Of a DNA stretch of 64,000 nt, positions 1-8,992 are shown piece after piece. Position 1 is the first letter of the stretch. Each line of letters begins with the position of its first letter. The position numbers and the translations under genes are program-made. Source of the DNA: Gemmatales bacterium (lineage in GTDB: Bacteria; Planctomycetota; Planctomycetia; Gemmatales; HRBIN36); NCBI GenBank assembly GCA_046350055.1, contig JAXMBC010000001.1, positions 248,244 to 312,243 on the forward strand, given 5' to 3'. The notes under the pieces are model-generated. The model searched no databases. It was not told the origin of the DNA and saw nothing but the letters and a program-made list of their open reading frames with translations.

Positions 1-53
1 TTGGCTGGAAAGATCCGCAGCTCGATCTGGAAGGCATCGGCAAGGCTATCACG

Positions 54-866
54 ATGAACTGCGTTAAGGGGGATTCTGTCGTCATCGTCTGCCATGGCAC
101 GCCGACTGACCTCATGATTCCCATGGGTGCGGGTTCCAAGATTGCCGTGAACCATAAAACCCTGGCACTACTGAATCAGGTGCTGGTTGATCCCATGACT
201 GACCGGTACGACCAGATCGGCCACGAGCTGGGGTTCGATAGCATGGCCAAGCTGGATCATTTCGACAAGCTGGTCAACTACTTCATTGAAATCCGCAAGC
301 TGCAACTCCGGCACGTGGCCTATCGAGCCTGCCGAATCGGTCAGGACCTCGAGTTCCTGGCGGAGTCACAAACGCTGTTTGGCTGCAAGAATGTCTCTGC
401 ACCATTGAAGCGTGATTTCTTCGCTCAGGTTACCCCTAAATTGATGAGCACCAGGGACATTGATGCCCTCATCAGAAAGCATCCCGATGGCTACGTCTTC
501 GGCAAGCCAGGCAAGAGGATCTACATCTCCTACAAGATGACTGGACATTCCAGCGCGGACATTGGCTTCAAAATGGAATCGGTGGACGCGGTGAAGGACT
601 TCATGGCAGCCAAGTTCAAATTCAACGATGAGAAGCAGTACAAGAAAGGCGGCAAGATCGCCTTGCATGGTCTTTGGAATGAAGGGGCAGCACCGTACTT
701 CTACTTCCCGACTGATGTTGGGTACTTTTCCAACCTGCGAACCTGGGATGATCCGTTATCGATTCTGCCACTCTATATCCCGGAAGAGCGAACGGGAGTG
801 CGTGGCCTGATTGATCGCATCCGCGATCGGCGACAAAGCCGCAAGATGCACCGGGCTGCTTCTTAA
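54..866 (+). CDS. hypothetical protein (frame is open back to nt 3, so possibly 5'-truncated by the window edge)
   Basis: 270-aa ORF with no stop between nt 3 and ATG 54. A 22-bp hairpin begins at its stop codon. No family recognised. Confidence 0.6.
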   Translation: MNCVKGDSVVIVCHGTPTDLMIPMGAGSKIAVNHKTLALLNQVLVDPMTDRYDQIGHELGFDSMAKLDHFDKLVNYFIEIRKLQLRHVAYRACRIGQDLEFLAESQTLFGCKNVSAPLKRDFFAQVTPKLMSTRDIDALIRKHPDGYVFGKPGKRIYISYKMTGHSSADIGFKMESVDAVKDFMAAKFKFNDEKQYKKGGKIALHGLWNEGAAPYFYFPTDVGYFSNLRTWDDPLSILPLYIPEERTGVRGLIDRIRDRRQSRKMHRAAS

Positions 867-913
867 GTGCTAACTCCTAAGTGCTAAGTGCCACTTAGGA
901 CTTAGCACTTAAG
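862..913. terminator. 22-bp hairpin between convergent genes
   Basis: cttaagtgctaactcctaagtg (862..883) pairs with cacttaggacttagcacttaag (892..913) with one mismatch and an 8-nt loop. It begins inside the TAA of the 54..866 gene. Confidence 0.5.
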
Positions 914-924
914 ACTTGAGACTG

Positions 925-1908
925 TTACTTCGGCATGGCTTTGACGGTGCCGACATCGACGGTGCCGCCGGCGGCGAGGCTGAGCGTCTTGTTATCGCGC
1001 TTGCCGTAGCCGGTGAGGTAGCCGGTTTCGTGCCAGATGACGATCTTGCGGCTGCCTGCGGGGACGTTCTTGATCTCAAACTTGCCATCCTTATCGGTGA
1101 CCGCAAAGTAAGGGTGGTCAATGCACCAGCCATACCCCTTCATCCAGGGATGCGAGCCACAGGCTACGGAGAGAGCATTGCCTTCGGCATCCAGCTTGAT
1201 TTCCTTTTCGGTGCCGGGAGGAATCTGCACATTGCGGTCGTTCTTGATGCCCTTGATGACCACATTATGTGCCACGGGATCAGGGTTTTTCGCGGTGATG
1301 GACTGGCCAGCACGGATCGCAAAAACACGAGGCGTGAAGACGCAGTATGGCTGATCCAGCACGAAGGGTGCAGGCGTGGCTTTCAGATCGGGATGCACCG
1401 GCAACTTTTCATCGCGTTCCTGCAGGATGAAGACGACCACGCCGGCCAGGCCCTTGTTGCTGGGATTCACATCCCAGACCTTGTCGAGCAATGCCCCTTT
1501 GGCCAGGCAATGTCCCTGGTCCGAAGTGACTTTGCATTCTTCCGCCTTGGGGATGGTATCGCCGCCAAAGACAACCTGGCCTTTGACAGTGGCCCAGCCA
1601 TCGGCAACAGGAGCGGTATTCACGGAGATGGGGGTACCCACGCCTGGAGCGGCGGCACAACAACTGGTGTTGGCTGGGGATGTCTGGGCAGTAGCAGCCT
1701 TGGCTCGAGAAAGCACATCGCAGCAACCCTGACCTGAGCCTTCGGTACAGCAATCATCGTCTGATGTGGCAGGAGTCACGAGAGGCACGTACTTCTGCTG
1801 GCAGCAGCCCGGCTTGCTCAGCCCCGTGTATTCCGAATAGAGGTGGCTGGCTTCATAGCCGGAGTAGCCCAGGAGTGCCAAGCCTCCGACCAGCATGGCT
1901 GTTTTCAT
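925..1908 (-). CDS. secreted cupredoxin-domain protein (amicyanin-like type-1 Cu site) with a carboxypeptidase-regulatory-like C-terminus
   Basis: Signal-like N-terminus MKTAMLVGGLALLG from ATG 1908. His in DPVAHNVV plus C-G-S-H-P-W-M matches the C-x2-H-x2-M ligand spacing of amicyanin. The C-terminal DKDGKFEIKNVPAG is typical of a CarboxypepD_reg-like fold. Confidence 0.7.
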   Translation of the reverse strand: MKTAMLVGGLALLGYSGYEASHLYSEYTGLSKPGCCQQKYVPLVTPATSDDDCCTEGSGQGCCDVLSRAKAATAQTSPANTSCCAAAPGVGTPISVNTAPVADGWATVKGQVVFGGDTIPKAEECKVTSDQGHCLAKGALLDKVWDVNPSNKGLAGVVVFILQERDEKLPVHPDLKATPAPFVLDQPYCVFTPRVFAIRAGQSITAKNPDPVAHNVVIKGIKNDRNVQIPPGTEKEIKLDAEGNALSVACGSHPWMKGYGWCIDHPYFAVTDKDGKFEIKNVPAGSRKIVIWHETGYLTGYGKRDNKTLSLAAGGTVDVGTVKAMPK

Positions 1909-2159
1909 AACGGGGCAACACAACATCGGAAATCTCCGGGGTTCTTTGAGCGGGATTCAGACTGGTTCTATTCTACTTCGACAACATCAAATGGGAAGCG
2001 AGTTACTCGCACTACGTAACGGAACATCCAGTCTTTATGTGCCAGTTCGACGAATATCGAGGAATTCCCCCAGCTTGCTGTTAATACCACGCCATCCTGG
2101 CAGTACCACTCCTAGACACAGGATCACATACGGTTCCCTTCATTCACACGGAGTTTCTC

Positions 2160-2948
2160 ATGCGACACGTTTCACGCTGGCTCTTGCTCGGCATGACTTT
2201 CCTGCTGGTCACCGGCAGCCAGGCTGCGGATGTTCCCAATCTGCGTGGCAGTTATGAAGGCACTTTCGTGAATGCCAGCAGCCACAACTTCCAGGCTGCG
2301 TTGTTGCCTTACATTGAGCAGGACAACCTTCGAAAGTTAAGTGGCCAACTGGCTCTGGATGGGTTCAACCCCGTCACGTTCTCCGGCATCATCAACTCTA
2401 ACAATGTCTGTACCTGTTTTGGCAGTGGTGCGGGAACCAACTTCACTTTTCAGGCCAGGTGGGAGCGGCTGGGCAATGGTGCGGGCGCAGTCTTCGGCAC
2501 CGCCAACCTGCCCGGCAGCAATGGCAAAGCCCGGGGAACGCTATTCCTGTTCCGGGGGATGACGCCCACGACCGGTGTGAAGCCAGTCATCCTTGGTAAC
2601 TATGCAGGTACCTTCACCACCGCTGGCTCGACTACTGGCGGAACTGTTGTCACACAGATCACCGACGGCACGAGTAACATCGTTGATGGCACCAGCAACA
2701 TCAGGATTGCCCTGGGGCTGGTGAAGAACAATGTCGCGAATCAATTCGCCCTGATTGGTGACGTGGGCATCGATCGCAGCGTGGTAGCCATCGGGGTGAA
2801 CGCCAATGGCCAGGTGGCAGTAGTGCGTGGCTACGTGGAACAGGACAACTTGCGAGGCACACGTCAACTGGTTGCCACGGTTCAAATCAAATCTGCTGCT
2901 GGTGTCGTCCTGAGCACCCATTCGATCATTGCCATACTCATTGGCTGA
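2160..2948 (+). CDS. secreted hypothetical protein with internal repeats
   Basis: Signal peptide MRHVSRWLLLGMTFLLVTGSQA, with GGAG 8 nt upstream of the ATG. Carries the motif Y(I/V)EQDNLR twice and a tandem DGTSNI repeat. Confidence 0.7.
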   Translation: MRHVSRWLLLGMTFLLVTGSQAADVPNLRGSYEGTFVNASSHNFQAALLPYIEQDNLRKLSGQLALDGFNPVTFSGIINSNNVCTCFGSGAGTNFTFQARWERLGNGAGAVFGTANLPGSNGKARGTLFLFRGMTPTTGVKPVILGNYAGTFTTAGSTTGGTVVTQITDGTSNIVDGTSNIRIALGLVKNNVANQFALIGDVGIDRSVVAIGVNANGQVAVVRGYVEQDNLRGTRQLVATVQIKSAAGVVLSTHSIIAILIG

Positions 2949-2967
2949 TACACTGCTGAAAAAGAAA

Positions 2968-3022
2968 AGAGCCATGACTCCAATCAGTTGCCTCTCCCAA
3001 CAACTGAACGAGTCATGGCTCT
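2968..3022 (+). terminator. 13-bp stem hairpin downstream of the 2160..2948 gene
   Basis: agagccatgactc (2968..2980) pairs with gagtcatggctct (3010..3022). The loop is 29 nt and there is no T-tract, so this is weak as an intrinsic terminator. Confidence 0.3.
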
Positions 3023-3239
3023 AAGCTTGGCGATTGAAGCAAGTGCTGACTGACAGGCCTCTCCCTCCAGCCAGCCAGCACTTACCTCAAATCGATGCTG
3101 AATACTAAAGCATCGGGTGTGCCAAACGTGCCGACTGATAGACTTTTTCTTGACAATTTGACGCAAGTCATTTAAAGGTAATGCATTACGGATTGAGATT
3201 GAAACGCATGCCCTCTTCGTTAAACGCACAAAATGCAGA

Positions 3240-3268
3240 CATCCCTGCCTAGATGCTAAGCAGGGATG
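3240..3268 (-). terminator. hairpin downstream of the ABC-2 operon
   Basis: catccctgc (3240..3248) pairs with gcagggatg (3260..3268), with an 11-nt loop. It lies 26 nt past the minus-strand stop at 3294 and is followed on the minus strand by a moderately T-rich tail. Confidence 0.45.
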
Positions 3269-3293
3269 CAGGAGAGTGCCTAACTTCGTGTCA

Positions 3294-4358
3294 CTATTGC
3301 CAGCGGAAGATCTTGAGAGCGATCAGGAATGTAATCGTCCCCCATAGAAGAAGGCCGACGATCTGCCAGCCGATCTGAAACAGCCCTGCTCCTTCATTCA
3401 TGACTGCTCGTAGAGCATCGTTCATTAAGGTTAATGGCAGCGCACGAATAAACGGCTGGACTGTCTCGGGATAACGATCCGCGCTGAAGAACACACCACT
3501 CAGCACCCACATGGGGAGCATGACGAGGTTCATCAGACCGGAAGCAGCTTCCAGGGTCTTGGCCCGACTGGCAACGAGCAGACCGATTCCAGAGAAGGTG
3601 ACGCCACCCAGGAAGATGAGCAGCACAACCAGCCAGCCGCTGCCCACAATCCGCACGTCGAAGAAGAAGTAGGCAAAGAGGAGGAGCAGCAGCACTTCGG
3701 GAAGCATGAAGACAAAGCGACTGGCCATCACTGCCATCAGGAAATCGGGCCGACGCATGGGAGTGGCGAGGAATCGCTTGAGGAGCTTGCGAATGCGCAT
3801 GTCCACGATGGCGAAGCCGACGCCGAACATGCCGCCGCCCATCATACCCATGCCCAGCAGGCCCGGGACCAGGAAATCAATGTAACGACCACCAGGTTCA
3901 TTGAACTCTGCGGTGCTGCTTTTGAGGACATCCACGCGGCCACGGGCTTTCTGCAGCACATCATCGACAGATTTCTGAGCCAGGCTGCTCTCGGGCCGAA
4001 CGGGGTCGGCCAGGTATGTCACTTCTGCGCCGCTTGTGCCACCATGCTGGACAATCAGGCTGGTCTTTCCGGTGCGCAGCCGCTGCTTGCATTCGGCAAA
4101 CGGGGCACGGTGGAGCTTGAACTTCTCGCCCATCGCCTTCAGGCTGCTTTCGACAAATGCAGCGTGAGGCCCTTCTTCAATATCGATGATGTACTGCTCA
4201 TCAGCCTTCTTCTCACGGAAGGCAATGCCGAGCACCATCGTCATCAGGAGAGGGAAGCCGTAGACCCAGAAGATCGCTTCCGGCTCGCGGAAGAACTCCT
4301 TGATGCGGCAATAGGTAAGTTGCCAGAAAGGCTCCCATCGGGAAGGAGTGTCATTCAT
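3294..4358 (-). CDS. ABC-2 type transporter permease
   Basis: 354 aa with multiple TM segments in the C-terminal half and a large loop after TM1, the typical ABC-2/DrrB-like layout. Its start overlaps the stop of the upstream ATPase (ATGA at 4355..4358). Confidence 0.85.
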   Translation of the reverse strand: MNDTPSRWEPFWQLTYCRIKEFFREPEAIFWVYGFPLLMTMVLGIAFREKKADEQYIIDIEEGPHAAFVESSLKAMGEKFKLHRAPFAECKQRLRTGKTSLIVQHGGTSGAEVTYLADPVRPESSLAQKSVDDVLQKARGRVDVLKSSTAEFNEPGGRYIDFLVPGLLGMGMMGGGMFGVGFAIVDMRIRKLLKRFLATPMRRPDFLMAVMASRFVFMLPEVLLLLLFAYFFFDVRIVGSGWLVVLLIFLGGVTFSGIGLLVASRAKTLEAASGLMNLVMLPMWVLSGVFFSADRYPETVQPFIRALPLTLMNDALRAVMNEGAGLFQIGWQIVGLLLWGTITFLIALKIFRWQ

Positions 4359-5305
4359 GAATTGGCTCCTTCATCGCGGAGATGGCGGCCGGTGAGTTTG
4401 ACAAAGACATCTTCCAGTGTCGCAGTGTGTGTGGTCAAACTGGTGAGTTTGCGCTGCGACTGTGCAGCCCAGTGAAGCAGCGCTGGAAGAGCAGTATGCA
4501 CTTCCTGTACTACCATGGTGTAGCGTTGCCCTTCTCGTCGCACCTCTGTGGTGGCAGGGAGTTGCCTGACCTGTTCAATGTCCTGGTCCTGGTGACTATC
4601 CATCTCAAATTCGACAACGTGGCCGCCACCGAGTTCATCGATGAGTTGCCGGGGTGGCCCCAGGGCAATGAGTTTACCAGCGTCCACCACGCCGACACGG
4701 TCACAGAGTTTTTCTGCTTCGTCCATGTAATGGGTGGTCAGCAGTATGGTACGGCCCTGATCCTTGTACCCCTGGATGATCTCCCAGAGTTGTCGGCGTG
4801 ACTGGGGATCGAGCCCGGTGGTGGGCTCATCGAGAAAGAGGAGTTCCGGTTTGCCGACGATTGCGCAGGCGACAGCGAGTCGCTGTTTCTGCCCACCGGA
4901 GAGTTTGTTGACCCAGGTGTTGGTCTTTTCCTGAAGGCTGACTGCCTGAATGGCTTCATCAGGTGAGATGCCTTCGTGATAGAAGCTGCGGAAGAGGCGG
5001 ACGGTCTCGCCGACGGTCAGCTTGTCGGAGAGTTTGGTTTCCTGGAGAGAGATGCCGATGCGTTCGCGAATAGCAGGACCATCGGTTTTCCAGCGCCGGC
5101 CCAGAACCTCGACTTCGCCACTGCTGGGCTCCAGTAGCCCTTCCAGTATCTCGATAGTAGTGGTCTTGCCTGCACCGTTAGGGCCCAGCAGCCCAAAGCA
5201 CTCGCCGGTCTGAATGGTGAGGTCCAGCCCGCGCACCGCTTCCACGGGTGGTTTGGCAGGGTAGGTTTTCCTGAGGCCGATACATTGGATGGCGACAGAA
5301 CCCAT
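4355..5305 (-). CDS. ABC transporter ATP-binding protein (DrrA/CcmA-like)
   Basis: Walker A GPNGAGKTT, signature LSGGQKQRL and Walker B LLFLDEPTTGLD. ATG 5305 (MGSVAIQCIGLRKTYP) is preferred over the longer ORF starting at 5407. Confidence 0.9.
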   Translation of the reverse strand: MGSVAIQCIGLRKTYPAKPPVEAVRGLDLTIQTGECFGLLGPNGAGKTTTIEILEGLLEPSSGEVEVLGRRWKTDGPAIRERIGISLQETKLSDKLTVGETVRLFRSFYHEGISPDEAIQAVSLQEKTNTWVNKLSGGQKQRLAVACAIVGKPELLFLDEPTTGLDPQSRRQLWEIIQGYKDQGRTILLTTHYMDEAEKLCDRVGVVDAGKLIALGPPRQLIDELGGGHVVEFEMDSHQDQDIEQVRQLPATTEVRREGQRYTMVVQEVHTALPALLHWAAQSQRKLTSLTTHTATLEDVFVKLTGRHLRDEGANS

Positions 5306-5576
5306 AAGGCCTCGTTCATGAGAGAGACGAAAGGATGAGCGGATCAGCAGGTATTCGGTTCGCTGGCAATTATCTTCGATGATCTTACGATGCTGACAAG
5401 TGAACACGGCCGGAACGTAGATAAACTGGGTAGACTCCTGTCCCAGCTCAATGCTGAGTCAAATTAAGAAAAACGGGTAAAACGCCCGTTTTGAACTTTG
5501 CAAACAAGGGTCATCTGTTATAAGTTGATAGTAGTTCATTAGATCGTTTCATCGGTTATACCCAGGAAAGGGAACC

Positions 5577-6152
5577 ATGAATAAGTCCATGCGTACATTC
5601 ATTGGTGCCACACTGGCACTGGTGCTTCTCATACCTGTGCCTGCATTGGGTCTGACCTTCCTGGGCAGCTGGCGTTTCTTCACCAGTTCGACAGGTGGCA
5701 CCCCAGGTGGCAATCTGACCCCCTCGGTTTCTGATAATCCCAACAGTTACATGCTCACTGTGCCCATGGGCATTGTGGATCCACCTTCGAATGTGTCCAA
5801 GTATTCCGTGACAGCTACCCGCGATTTCCAGATCACCGATCCCAGCGAGTTGATCCGTATCGCTCACAGCTTCAGCACCCTGATGCGTGATGGTACCATC
5901 AATGTCACCATGACGATCCAGCGTTACGGTGTGCCCAACGATCCGTTCAACTTCCCTGCCTATAGCTTCAATGCTCCGGCTTTCCCTGCCCCGGTCTCTA
6001 ATCCCGGGTTGAATAACTTCTTCAAGGATGGTTCGCTGACGCAGGGTCTCTATCGCCTGTCCCTCACGCTGACCTACATCCGCAATGTGAACAGCAATTC
6101 GAACTGGAACAACAGTTCGCCACACGTGTTCACTTTTAATCGCATCCCGTAG
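5577..6152 (+). CDS. secreted hypothetical protein
   Basis: Signal-like N-terminus MNKSMRTFIGATLALVLLIPVPALG. A classic intrinsic terminator follows. The antisense ORF 5556..6125 was rejected. Confidence 0.7.
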   Translation: MNKSMRTFIGATLALVLLIPVPALGLTFLGSWRFFTSSTGGTPGGNLTPSVSDNPNSYMLTVPMGIVDPPSNVSKYSVTATRDFQITDPSELIRIAHSFSTLMRDGTINVTMTIQRYGVPNDPFNFPAYSFNAPAFPAPVSNPGLNNFFKDGSLTQGLYRLSLTLTYIRNVNSNSNWNNSSPHVFTFNRIP

Positions 6153-6170
6153 TCAGCTTTGAACTCACCT

Positions 6171-6208
6171 CAGCCCGAATAGCTCCGCTATTCGGGCTGT
6201 TTTGTTTT
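6171..6208 (+). terminator. rho-independent terminator
   Basis: cagcccgaatag (6171..6182) pairs with ctattcgggctg (6188..6199) around a 5-nt loop, followed by ttttgtttt. Confidence 0.8.
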
Positions 6209-6222
6209 CATAACGTAAGCGT

Positions 6223-8979
6223 ATGAGTCGATCCAATCGTTCGTCACGACCTGCAGCATCGCCCTGGACTGTGGTCAACATTCTCGATGGCATTAGCGAA
6301 GCTATCGTCCTGCTGATTCTGGTCGCCACCCCCTGGCTCTTTGGCGGATATCACCCCAAGTTTGTGCACTTTGCCTGCATCGGGCTGGGAGTCATCCTGC
6401 TCCTCTGGAGCATCAAGCAGATCGTTCGCTGGCAGTTGAGGCTTCATCTGTGCTCTGTCAGCGCACTGCTCATAGCCTTGTTCCTGGTTACCAGTTGCAG
6501 TCTGCTGGCGCTGCCTCGCAATGTTCTGCAGACACTCTCCCCGCGGGCTGCGCAGTTGTATGCGGCATTATTGCCGGCGGAACGAGAGCAGGCTGCTGTC
6601 ACCGCGGTAGAGGAACCCCTGCCCTATCAGGCCGGCACCACGCTGAGTCTGGTGCCCGGTGTGACGCAGGCACAACTGGTGGAACTGCTGGCAGCCATCC
6701 TCCTGTTCCTGGTAGTGCGGCATAGCCTGGCGACACCGGAACGACTGCAGCGGCTGGCGTGGGTACTTCTGGCCAACGGCACTCTGCTGGCAATCTTCGG
6801 ACTGCTCCAGCGGATGCGAACCAACTCCACTTCGGTCTATGGCATCCAGGTCATGGGCGAGGTGTTTGGACCGTTTATCAATCGCAATCACTTTCCCAGC
6901 TATGTGAACTTTTCCATCTGCCTGGGGCTGGGCCTCTTCCTGCGAAGCATGCAGCAGGGTGGCACCAGGTATGAACGCTCCATCCACGGACAGAAAATAC
7001 CAGTCAGTTATTCGACTGGTGCCTGGACAGAAATTCTGCAGCATCCCATGGCTGTGTGGGTGCTGATTCCGGTAGCGGTGTGCATCACGGCCGTGATGGC
7101 CAGTCTGTCGCGTGGTGGCATCCTGGCCCTGATTGTCAGCCTGGGGATGGCGGTGCTGCTCTGGCGGCGACGCACCAGCACCCGCCATGCACTGGCCTTG
7201 CTGGTCATCCCCGTCCTCGCCCTTGGCATTCTGCTGTGGTACGGTGCTACACCGACCCTCGACCGTTTCGAGAACGAAGAATACACGGAAGAAGGTCGCT
7301 TCACCATCTGGAACGCGAGCTTCAAGGCGTTTCAGCAGTTCCCCTGGCTGGGCACCGGGCTGGGCACGTTTCCGTTTGTGGAGCCGCTGTACCGGCCTGC
7401 TGCTGCGAATCAATCGGTCATCCATGCACATGCTCACAATGAATACGTAGAAGCATTGGTGGAGGGTGGGCTTGTCCGTTTCCTGATCACAGCAGGCCTG
7501 GTGTTCCTGGTGCTGCGTATCGGCTGGAAGGCCCTGGACCCTAAACGGGGCACACCGGAGCCGGCCATGATCCTGGGTTGCTGGGCGGGGTGCATCACGC
7601 TTGCTGTGCAGAGTATTGGAGAATTCGGTGTCCATCTGCCTGCTGTCGCTGCGACGCTTGCTGTTGTGGCTGGCATGCTCGTGGGGGTGAGTCCGAAACG
7701 GCCCAACGATGAGGATGAGACGCTGCTCCGCTGGAATTACTTTGGTATCGGCCCGGTGCTGGGTTTCCTGTTTGCTGTGCCGATGGCCATCGTGCTGTTT
7801 GTCGGTACGCGGCTCAGCTGGGAAGGCGAAGGATTCCGTGAACATGGGCTGATGTTGACCAGTGCCGCCAAGCAGAAGAACGAGGTCGAGCAGTATGCCC
7901 GGGCAGTTGCAGCCCTGGACAATGCCATTCTGTTTGCACCGGGCATTGCCCGCTACCGCATCGAGCGCAACGATGTGGAAAACCAGCGTCTGGCAGCCTG
8001 GGAGGCCCAGTACCGGGAAGTGTTCAAGTATGGTTTGTTCGTTCAGGAGTCGGCCATTCTGATACATGGCTTAGCCCAACTGCAGGGCCAGCCGATGCTT
8101 TCCTTCACGGAGGATGCCATTAAGCCCTTCCTCCTGCAGGCGAGTTTCTCGAATATGCTCCGTCAGCAGCAGGTGGAGTCGTGGAAACGGCAGTATCCAC
8201 ATTACCTGGCTGCCCGCGATTTGTGTCCCATCAGCCTGGTGGCACAACTCGAAATAGCCAAGCACGTGCTGCCTGCCCAGGCGGTACTGGCCAGCGTCGA
8301 CAGCAAGACCTTCTGGGCGAAGTCCGATGCGCAGAGCAAGTATCTCGATCGCATGAAACTGCTCTTTCCCCAGCGTGCCGACACCTGGTACTTCGCCGGC
8401 GAACTCGAGTGGCTACGGGGCGAAAGGGATCAGAGCCTGGCCAGCTGGAAGCGTTCCCTCGAACTCTCTGACAACTTCCTGGATCGTATTGTCACTACCG
8501 CCGCCCTGGCCTCGCTGCAGAAGGAGATGAAGCTCACTTCGCAGGAGATCATGACCAAACTGCTGCCTGCCAGAGTTGCCAGCTATTTCGTGAAGACCGC
8601 GTGGATACTGTATCCCGGTGCGACACAATCGCTGGAACGCCGTCCGTTCATGGATGAAGCCATCCGTATCCTGGAAAAGCAGGATGATCTGCTGGCCCCG
8701 GAACATCAATACACCTATGGACTGGCGAAGTGGGGCAACAACCTGCGGGAGCAGGCCGCCCAGCATCTGGTCGTTGCGGTGCGTGCCAAGCCGACCAAGA
8801 TCGATTGGCGGATGGACCTTGCCCGACTCTATTTTGAGCTGGAGAAGTTTGCTGAAGCACGCGAGCAACTGAACATCATACTCCTGCGGCAGGAGAACAA
8901 CGCTGAGGCCAACCTGCTGCTGAAGAAACTGGATGAGTTGCAACGACCGGGCGAGAAGACGGAAAGCAAGGGACCGTAA
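6223..8979 (+). CDS. O-antigen ligase (Wzy_C/WaaL-like) family membrane protein with a C-terminal TPR region
   Basis: 918 aa. The polytopic N-terminal half contains HAHAHNEYVEALVEGGLV, the Wzy_C-type H-x-H-N-x-y-l motif. The C-terminal third is helical and repeat-like. Confidence 0.75.
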   Translation: MSRSNRSSRPAASPWTVVNILDGISEAIVLLILVATPWLFGGYHPKFVHFACIGLGVILLLWSIKQIVRWQLRLHLCSVSALLIALFLVTSCSLLALPRNVLQTLSPRAAQLYAALLPAEREQAAVTAVEEPLPYQAGTTLSLVPGVTQAQLVELLAAILLFLVVRHSLATPERLQRLAWVLLANGTLLAIFGLLQRMRTNSTSVYGIQVMGEVFGPFINRNHFPSYVNFSICLGLGLFLRSMQQGGTRYERSIHGQKIPVSYSTGAWTEILQHPMAVWVLIPVAVCITAVMASLSRGGILALIVSLGMAVLLWRRRTSTRHALALLVIPVLALGILLWYGATPTLDRFENEEYTEEGRFTIWNASFKAFQQFPWLGTGLGTFPFVEPLYRPAAANQSVIHAHAHNEYVEALVEGGLVRFLITAGLVFLVLRIGWKALDPKRGTPEPAMILGCWAGCITLAVQSIGEFGVHLPAVAATLAVVAGMLVGVSPKRPNDEDETLLRWNYFGIGPVLGFLFAVPMAIVLFVGTRLSWEGEGFREHGLMLTSAAKQKNEVEQYARAVAALDNAILFAPGIARYRIERNDVENQRLAAWEAQYREVFKYGLFVQESAILIHGLAQLQGQPMLSFTEDAIKPFLLQASFSNMLRQQQVESWKRQYPHYLAARDLCPISLVAQLEIAKHVLPAQAVLASVDSKTFWAKSDAQSKYLDRMKLLFPQRADTWYFAGELEWLRGERDQSLASWKRSLELSDNFLDRIVTTAALASLQKEMKLTSQEIMTKLLPARVASYFVKTAWILYPGATQSLERRPFMDEAIRILEKQDDLLAPEHQYTYGLAKWGNNLREQAAQHLVVAVRAKPTKIDWRMDLARLYFELEKFAEAREQLNIILLRQENNAEANLLLKKLDELQRPGEKTESKGP

Positions 8980-8992
8980 TCTCCGGGCTGTG

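Noticed and set aside
916-1737. 273-aa plus-strand ORF overlapping the cupredoxin gene
   Set aside because: It is antisense to a gene with a signal peptide and a complete Cu-ligand set. The ORF itself has no recognisable features.
2088-2105. Sigma-54-like TGGCAG element upstream of the 2160 gene
   Set aside because: It lacks the TTGCW partner at the required spacing.
2984-3229. 81-aa ORF in the 345-bp convergent gap 2949..3293, and a TTGACA box at 3159..3164
   Set aside because: The ORF has no SD and poor codon bias. The TTGACA has only a weak -10 candidate (TAAAGG) at 17 nt. That is not enough to call a small RNA or gene.
5369-5399. Candidate promoter for the ABC-2 operon (minus strand TTGTCA, 19 nt, GATAAT)
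   Set aside because: The 19-nt spacer is long and there is no supporting evidence. Noted only as weak support for the ATG 5305 start, not reported as a feature.
6568-8067. 499-aa minus-strand ORF antisense to the O-antigen-ligase-like gene
   Set aside because: It has the Arg/Gln/His/Gly/Pro-rich low-complexity composition typical of antisense frames in GC-rich DNA, and no motifs. The plus-strand frame has clear TM helices and the Wzy_C motif.
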